Shown here: positions 55,500-64,000 of the stretch, piece by piece
How positions within the stretch are numbered: the stretch's first letter is position 1
How the letters are laid out: the number at the start of each line of letters is the position of its first letter
NCBI RefSeq assembly: GCF_006345805.1
Contig: NC_043004.1
Coordinates: 9,796,001-9,860,000 of the forward strand
Direction of reading: 5' to 3'
DNA from: Octopus sinensis
Lineage: Eukaryota
Length of the DNA: 64,000 bases
Translations under genes and position numbers: made by a program
The notes under the pieces: generated by a model
Databases searched by the model: none
What the model saw: the letters and a program-made list of their open reading frames with translations, nothing else
What the model was told of the DNA's origin: nothing

Positions 55500-55550
<51 letters not shown>

Positions 55551-55561
55551 ATATACACATT

Positions 55562-55628
55562 GCCGGATAACTGAAGAGATGGTGTTGATTTCCACCTCGG
55601 CATCCGAAACTCAGAGTTTTATCTTGGC
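55562..55628 (+). ncRNA. Type-I hammerhead ribozyme, nearly stand-alone between microsatellites
   Basis: GCCGGATAA/TTATCTTGGC stem I, CTGAAGA, GATG..CATC stem II with inner GGTG/CACC, GAAA, CTC(a)GAG, TT. Confidence 0.75.
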
Positions 55629-55649
55629 TACCGAATAATTGTCACATAT

Positions 55650-55664
55650 TTACAGATGTGTAAA

Positions 55665-55747
<83 letters not shown>

Positions 55748-56351
55748 TTTTTTTAATTTCATTTTTCATTTCTTATTTCTTCCCCCCCCCTTTTTTCCTT
55801 ATACAGAAACACATACACACATATACTCACGTATCCACGAACACACATACTTCCAACACTTCACACACATACAACATACATGCACATATAAGCACACAAA
55901 CTCCCACACATATACACACACAAAAATACACCCCCCCCACGCGCACACACACATATGCCCGTGCACACACATCAACAAACAATACTCATACAGATATGCA
56001 CACACTTATACACACATGGGCAGACACACACACATACACGCACGTAAGTGCACACACGCACACAAGCACACGCATGTACATTGCGCCCACACAACTCCGA
56101 AAAAACCCACACACACACTCATACATTCACACACACACACATACATACATACATTCATACATACATACATACATACATACACATACACACACACATACAC
56201 ACATACATACATACATACACACATACATACACATATACATACATACACACATACACACACACACATACACACATACACACATACATACATACATACATAC
56301 ACACATACATACATACATACATACATACACACACACATATACATATATACA

Positions 56352-56383
<32 letters not shown>

Positions 56384-56848
56384 CATATATACATACATAC
56401 ATACATACACACAAACACACACATACACACATACATACACACATACATACATACATACACACACACATACATACATACATACATACATACACACACACAC
56501 AAACACACATACATACATACACATACACACACACATACATAGATACATACATACACGCACACACACATACCACACACATACATACATACACACATGCATA
56601 CATACATATGGGGTTGGCTGTATTGCAGGCGTGCGTCAGTGTATGTATGTGTGTGCCTGTGGATTCACATACACCCACACCAATTTTTTTCCATCAATCT
56701 TTCAATTATAAAGTGTGTGCTTGCATACATATATATACACACATATAAACCTCTACATTTGTACACACACGCACATGTATCCATACATTCACTCGCACGC
56801 ACGTACACACACACGCACATGTATCCATACATTCACTCGCACGCACGT

Positions 56849-56879
<31 letters not shown>

Positions 56880-57201
56880 CACGTAAGTGCACACACGCAC
56901 ACAAGCACACGCATGTACATTGCGCCCACACAACTCCGAAAAAACCCACACACACACTCATACATTCACACACACACACATACATACATACATTCATACA
57001 TACATACATACATACATACACATACACACACACATACACACATACATACATACATACACACATACATACACATATACATACATACACACATACACACACA
57101 CACATACACACATACACACATACATACATACATACATACACACATACATACATACATACTACATACATACACACACACATACATACATATACATATATAC
57201 A

Positions 57202-57233
<32 letters not shown>

Positions 57234-57354
57234 CATATATACATACATACATACATACACACAAACACACACATACACACATACATACACACATACATAC
57301 ATACATACACACACACATACATACATACATACATACATACACACACACACAAAC

Positions 57355-57387
<33 letters not shown>

Positions 57388-58623
57388 TACATAGATACAT
57401 ACATACACGCACACACACATACACACACACATACATACATACACACATGCATACATACATATGGGGTTGGCTGTATTGCAGGCGTGCGTCAGTGTATGTA
57501 TGTGTGTGCCTGTGGATTCACATACACCTACACCAATTTTTTTCCATCAATCTTTCAATTATAAAGTGTGTGCTTGCATACATATATATACACACATATA
57601 AACCTCTACATTTGTACACACACGCACATGTATCCATACATTCACTCGCACGCACGTACACACACACGCACATGTATCCATACATTCACTCGCACGCACG
57701 TACACACACACGCACACATACACACACATATACATATATATACAATACACGCACACACACATACACACGTACAAACACACACACCAGCACAGATGCCCAC
57801 ATATACCTCCAACAAACAATATTCATACAGATACGCACACATTCATACACACATGAGCACAGACACACACACTCATACACGCACGTAAGCGCACACACGC
57901 ACACAAGTACACGCACGCACATTACGCCAACACAACCCCCCCACACACACACACACACATGCATACACAAATTCACATACACACCGATACATATACATAC
58001 GCACAATATATACCTACAAACGCACACACACATAAACATACGTATACACATATAGGCACAGACACACACACACGCACACACACGCACACACACATACACA
58101 CACACACACACACAAACACACATACATACACATATACATACATACATACACATACACACACACACACATACATAGATACATACATACACGCACACACAAC
58201 TACACGCACATACGACACGCACGCACATACATACACACACACACACACACAAATGAAACCACACATACATCCATACACACGGCACACAATTATACATACA
58301 TATATATACACACATACGCACGTACAAGCACACACGCACACATACACTAAGTAAAGCAGTTATTCGCCACACACCCAAACTCTACGCATACACACACGAA
58401 CACACGCATACTCTCACACACACACACTACAAACAAAACACACACACGATACATATACATGCACGCACACGCACACATACTTCAATATTCTGACCTGTGG
58501 CAGGGGCAAAAACACCACTCCTTATTCTTACAAACTAGCCAGCTACTAGCCTGTTGTTTACAGCTACAACCACACACACATACACACACACACGCACACA
58601 CACGCACACACATGTCATCATTG

Positions 58624-58655
<32 letters not shown>

Positions 58656-58720
58656 CGCACACACATGTCATCATTGCACACATACACACACACACGCACA
58701 CGCAGACCTACACTTACACA
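55650..58720. repeat. CA-rich complex satellite with about 840-850-bp higher-order tandem duplication
   Basis: Unique anchors (cacgtaagtgcacac; ggggttggctgtattgcagg) recur at offsets of 839 and 853. Confidence 0.85.
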
Positions 58721-58822
58721 CACATTCCCCCTCCTACATTCCGCTGTCTTTGACCATACTACTCTTCTGTCTTTGAAAACATCTTTCTTCACCCTTTCTC
58801 CTTCCGGTCTATCAAAATGTGA

Positions 58823-59023
58823 CCTCGTGTGTACCGTTGGCGATTTTTTTTCCTCTGTCTTCCCTTCTCTGGATCTTTCCTCCTCCTATGTTTCCGACGA
58901 AGAGCTCCGCTCGAAACGTTATACCCTCCTTCTTCCCTACTTTCCTGAGCGTCCAATAATACTATATTTGTTCCACGTCCTCGCGTTGTTGTGTTTTTTT
59001 GTGTTTTCTTGTTTGGATTAACT
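58823..59023 (+). mobile_element. PLE pLTR fragment with HHR (58890-58924)
   Basis: Near-identical to 40372-40560; GTTT-CCGACGA-A-GAGC(tcc)GCTC-GAAA-CGTT-ATAC. Confidence 0.7.
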
Positions 59024-59344
59024 ATATATATATATTAACTATATATATCCTTTTTACATGCGGTCTCCAAACTGTAAACACACTTTTTTCCCTTGAGCTC
59101 GCCAGAATTTTCGTTAAGCCAGAAAAAGGCCTTTTTCGTTTGTTTTCTTGTTTATATTTTTTATTTTTTATTTCTCGTATTGTATTTTCTTGTACATGTA
59201 TTTTTATCTTGTATTTTATTTTGTATTTTTATTTGTATCGTTTTTACGTCCTGTTTGTGTTACATTTTTTTTCTTTCTTTGTTTTTACCCTTCTGCGAAG
59301 TAATTTTATTTAATTCTCTCGCAGGAAGGGCTAGTTTGCCGAGT

Positions 59345-59402
59345 CGTGTTCTGTCCTACCTTCGAAACACGCTGCAGTATATAGGGACAGCTGATGAAGG
59401 GG
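59345..59402 (+). ncRNA. Candidate non-circularly permuted hammerhead ribozyme
   Basis: CGTG-TT-CTGTCC, CCTTC-GAAA-CACG, GGACAG-CTGATGA-AGGGG. Stems I and III pair perfectly. Confidence 0.55.
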
Positions 59403-60319
59403 ATTTTTCCTTGTGTAGTTTGTCTTGTACTCTCTTTTTCTGTTGTAAAAAAATGGTTTGTTCCATGCTTGTTTTCCGTTTTCGTTTCTCGTTGAGTTCT
59501 ACGTCTATTTGTGGTGTCCTGTACTCACGTATATATATTTATATATGCATGTATATATACATGTAGATGTAGGTACGTACATATATGTATGTATGCATAT
59601 ATTTTATTTATTACACTATTGTATGACTGAGCGCCTTCGCGTCGATTCGATTCTATTCGTTCGTTTCGTTCCGTTCTTCTTCTCCAAGTACTGTTTTATA
59701 TATATATATATATTGTATTCCCTGCCCAACCCGTTATATTTAATATATACAATTTGTTTATCCGCATCATTGCCTCCATATTTGTTCAACTTGATCCTTC
59801 TTATAGCCAGACTTTACCTCGCGGAATTGATCCACTGTAAAGACATCGGAGTCTTAAGTTTGAATCTTTTGAGAGTTACTAAGTGTCTTCCATTTAAGTG
59901 TCTTCCATACTGAGAATCTCTAGATGTCATCTGTTGAATACATACATATATATATATATACATACACTCATGCAGGAATACATACATGCACACATGCATA
60001 CAAACATACACACATATAGACGGGCGCGCGCACACACACATCGCTTGTTGTTGTTGTTGTTGTTGTTGTTAGTGGTATTGTCGCCATTACTGTTATTGCT
60101 ATAACTACTCTTGTTTGTGTTGTTATCGTTGTTTTTGTTGTTGTTGTTAAGAGCGTCTTTCACTCAGCCGTGAATAGATATCTTTTCAATGCTCTCTAAT
60201 ATACGACATTCTGACAGAAGGAAAGAAAAACATTTACAACAGTCAGCCATCATCATCCAACACCGTCTTTGTTTTGTTTACTTTATTGTTAGCTTTTATT
60301 TGCTTTTTATTATTATTCA

Positions 60320-60720
60320 GCTGTTTCTTCTTCTTCTTCTCTTCTTCTTCTTCTTCTTCTTCTTCTTCTTCTTCTTTCTTCTTCTTCTCCTTCTTCTTCA
60401 TTTTCCCTCTTCCTTTTCTTCTTTCATGTCTTTTCATTCTTCTCAACCTCCTTCCTCTTCGCCATCTTCTTCTTCTTCTTCTTCTCCTCTTCCTTCTTCT
60501 TCTTCTTCTTCTTCTCCTTCTTCTTCTTCTCCTCCTCCTCCTTCTTCTTCTTCTTTTTCTTCTTCATCTTCTTCTTTTTCATCTTCTTTTTCTTCTTCTT
60601 CATCATCTCTTCTTCTTCTTCTTCTTCTTCTTCTTCTTCTTCTTCTTCTAAACCTCTTCCTTTTCTTCTTTGCTGTCTTCTCATTCTTCTCAACCTCCTT
60701 CCCCTTCGCCATCTTTTTTT
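60320..60720. repeat. (CTT)n microsatellite
   Basis: Direct inspection. Confidence 0.95.
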
Positions 60721-60724
60721 TCTT

Positions 60725-61400
60725 CTGGGACAACTTGCACCCCTGCCGGAATCCAACACCCACGTTGAAAGGTTCGATTTAGCATCCATTACATGAACGC
60801 TAATATCTTGGCATTCGTAGAAGGGGCTTCACGGCAAACAGAATTTCCCTGTTGACTCCAAACTCCTGCAATATCCTCCGCAATATGGCCAGTGCCATGC
60901 GCTCGTATGCCTTTTCGAGATCTGTTGAGCAAACATACTGCACTTCACAATATTCCTATGAAATTTTAAATACATTTGTTGTTGTTGAGTGAATATTTTT
61001 GTTGGTTGTGCTGCGCCTAGGAAAAAAGCTCCCTTGCTGCTCATCCAGCTCAGGCTTGACAGTATCCCTGTCGCTGAGGCTCAACAGAGAGATTCTTTTA
61101 TAATTAAAGCACTTATTTTCGGTTTCTTTTTTAGAAATTAGGATTACCACTCCGGGTTGCCATTGATTTGGTGTTATTCTATAGGTCCAATAATTTCAAG
61201 ATTTTAACATCTCGAACCAAATTTCATCCTCTTCAGCGGTCTTCTCACCTTTGAGTGCCTTAATCGCTTTGTGACTTTTACCCCTGCCAGGTTAGTCTTC
61301 GATCCAAAAGACATTTCAGATCGATTGATTTTGTTATGACGGGATTTAGGAGACCAGCAAAGTATTCTGTCCACCTTCCAAAGATGCTCTTCTCTATGGA
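60725..61400 (-). pseudogene. RTE-clade LINE reverse transcriptase fragment, decayed
   Basis: WQPGVVILISKK...CFNYKRISLLSL...EQQGSFFPRRST...DLEKAYE...VGVGFRQGCKLS, with stops and frameshifts. Confidence 0.8.
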
Positions 61401-62573
61401 GAGGAGAAGTCAATCCGAGTTCTTAATGGCAGATACCGAAGAGAAGAGCGTCTATTTACGAAGTCGGTGGATGTCTGCCAGAATATTTTATTGGCTAATC
61501 TAAGCTAAGAGTTTAGCTTAACGTCTCAAAATCTTCGCCTAACTTAGAGGTTTTTACTGTCTTTACTGCAATTTGTGCCTTTTTCTCAGTCAACACATAA
61601 TGTATTTCTCAGAGATCCTGAATTAATACATTCAAGCAACCAGTCTATAATCTAAATATAACATCCAAGTTTCTAAATATAACATATAGTTTCTCAACCA
61701 TTTTTTTTTTTACCTATTGTCCCCTTTCATTTCCATTTTGTTCAGGTGGACCATTCGATGTTTTAAAATTTCAGTTATATTTTTATAATTAATTATTAGG
61801 AATTGTATAAAGAATAATTTTGAAACATTCTTTGTATTGTGAAAGTATAACTAGTTTATCTATATTACATTTAAAATGAACTTCAATCTTGCTTGCTTTC
61901 AGGTTCCCCTGAAATGTGAATACAAACGGAATAAAACAAGTTTCGCGTAGATCGGACCAGTGGTTCTTGAGATATTGGTGGTTGGGCGGAGGGTATAAAT
62001 ACCCAAAACGGTGCATAATGGGAAAATACCCCGAAAATAACTTAACCTTGAAAGAGGAGAAACTCTAACCTTTCTTTTAGACACATTAGTGACTTTAACT
62101 TGCTAACGAAAAAATAAGAGTTGTTTTTTTACAGTAAATGCTTCTGTTTTCGTTTTTGTTAAACACAATATTTTAATCATTTAGAAATAGTTTTAAGTGA
62201 ATGTGATTTCAAAAATCTAAGTTGTTTGTAAGGTAAGTATTTATATTTTAGCTTTCTTTAAACATACAATATTTCAGTGTTTTTTTAAAGTAATTTTCAA
62301 GTGAATATAGTGAGTGAATGATACAGTGAGACAGAGAAGAGAGAGAGAGAGAAAGAGTGAGTGAGTGAATGAGTGAGTGAGTGAGTGAGTGACTGAGTGA
62401 GTGACTGAGTGAGTGACTGAGTGACTGGGTGAGTTAGTGAATGATACAGAGAGACTGAGAAGAGAGACAGACAGACAGACGGACAGACAGATAGAGTGAG
62501 TGAGTGAATAAGTGAGTGATTGAGTATGCGAATGAGGGAGTGATTGAGTGAGTGAGTGAGTGAATGATACAGG

Positions 62574-62618
<45 letters not shown>

Positions 62619-63148
62619 GCAGACAGACAGACAGACAGACAGACAGAGTAATGAAAAGAGAAGGCGAAAGAGAATAAATGTGAAAAATCTACATCGACAC
62701 AGAACCAAGCCTCTTAACATTTTGTTTCACCTTTTTGTTCAAAGTCGTTGTGGTTGTTACTCTTGTTATTCTTGTTCCTATTCTTCTTGTGGCATTTCTT
62801 TCTTCTTCTTCTTCTTCTTCTTCTTCTTCTTCTTCATCTTAAACGGCTGTTTAACGACATGATTGAGAAAGCAGTAATAGCAGACGAACACACCGAGACC
62901 AACTCCCCAAAGCCACATATTTACTTCGTCTCTTTTGTTCCAGTTCTACTCTACAGTTTATCTCAGCGTGACTCTACCTACAACTTCCTTGCTCTTCCAT
63001 ATTCTGCTTATACTCCCCCTCCTCCCTCCTACACACTTCCACTACTTCCAAACTTATCTTCTCTTAACAACAAACATACGTTCGCACTCATAAACAACAT
63101 AAATAACATATTGTATATGAATAACGATCTCTACATATATCTGTATCA

Positions 63149-63207
<59 letters not shown>

Positions 63208-63437
63208 TCTCTCCTTTTTCGTACCATTTTCTCTCTCTCTCTTCCTCACTCTGTCTATTTCTTTATGATTTAAATATCTGCATATACTTACACACTCAAC
63301 ACAAACATTTACAACGGTATAGAATTACCTATAGGCAGGTATACACTCACACAGATGCTCGTATAAGACATATACGTATATGTATGCGTGTGTCTATATA
63401 TATGCATACACACACATGCACACACACGCACGCATAC

Positions 63438-63481
<44 letters not shown>

Positions 63482-63632
63482 GTTCTTGAAAGAATTCAAG
63501 CCGGTCGCTAACAAAGCGACAAGGTTTTTTTTTTATTTGAGAGAGTTTCCAGTGTTTGTAAATATGAGGTTCAGTTGGTGTGTTGGTTGGCTTGTTGGTG
63601 CATACACCAAAGTGTGTGCATCTATTAACATA

Positions 63633-63930
63633 AGAATTTCAGATGGAGAATCTTTGGAATGTCATGCAAATTTTTATTGTGCCATTAATAGACTGGATTT
63701 GGAGAATCCGCATCAGTTTCTTTAGTTCTTTCTCCGTGAAACCGAGCATTTCTAAGTTTTGTGCAAATCTGTTACTACATAATCTATGAGGATAAATACC
63801 AATGATAATTCATAGTCAGGGTGCAAGAGGTATAAGCTCCGCATTAATTCGCCATAAACGTTCCGTTTATCTTGGACTTTTAATTACATATTCACATCCG
63901 TTGAACAATTGACCTCTACAACATGTCTAT
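63633..63930 (-). mobile_element. REL element 3' end related to the 28590-29440 family
   Basis: Minus strand reads VVEVNCSTDVNM*LK...YGELMRSLYLLHPDY and NLEMLGFTEKELKKLMRILQIQSINGTIKICMTFQRF. Confidence 0.75.
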
Positions 63931-64000
63931 AGTTGTACATAACATTCAAGAAGGCTTCGGACCTATGGCTTTTGGCTACATGGCTCTCTTTGTTCCTAGG

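Larger units (their letters stand above)
54621..55502 (+). mobile_element. Non-coding HHR-bearing element (retrozyme/mini-PLE-like): 479-bp unit, 177-bp terminal redundancy, 227-bp inverted 5' copy
   Basis: 54847-55023 equals 55326-55502; 54621-54847 is the reverse complement of 55158-55384; (TA)n on both sides. Confidence 0.8.

Noticed and set aside
62748-63725. 325-aa ORF
   Set aside because: Runs through CTT, CT and CA microsatellites and the antisense strand of a REL element; no coherent protein.

Overview
A 64-kb stretch of repeat-dominated, microsatellite-rich eukaryotic DNA. The SINE families and repeat landscape suggest an octopus (coleoid cephalopod) intron or intergenic region; this is inference. 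I could not support any host protein-coding exon, tRNA/rRNA gene or CRISPR array, and most long ORFs in the track are simple-repeat artefacts. Identifiable content: decayed LINEs (R4/Dong-like and Hero REL elements, CR1-like, RTE-like), three tRNA-derived SINE families, a full-length DD37D (maT) Tc1/mariner with 26-bp TIRs, Helitron-like pieces, and many Penelope-like element (PLE) derivatives, including a frameshifted Neptune-type RT/GIY-YIG copy. The main result is a high density of hammerhead ribozyme (HHR) motifs read by eye: 14 instances, of which the clearest canonical ones are 55191-55236 and 55562-55628. Two of them (a Hero LINE 3' UTR at 4706-4751, and 59345-59402) have the three catalytic strands in a non-circularly permuted order. 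A non-coding 479-bp HHR-bearing unit with terminal redundancy looks like a retrozyme or mini-PLE. It sits in a 7-kb nest of fold-back insertions at (TA)n (48.9-55.7 kb). All ribozyme calls are sequence-based and untested.
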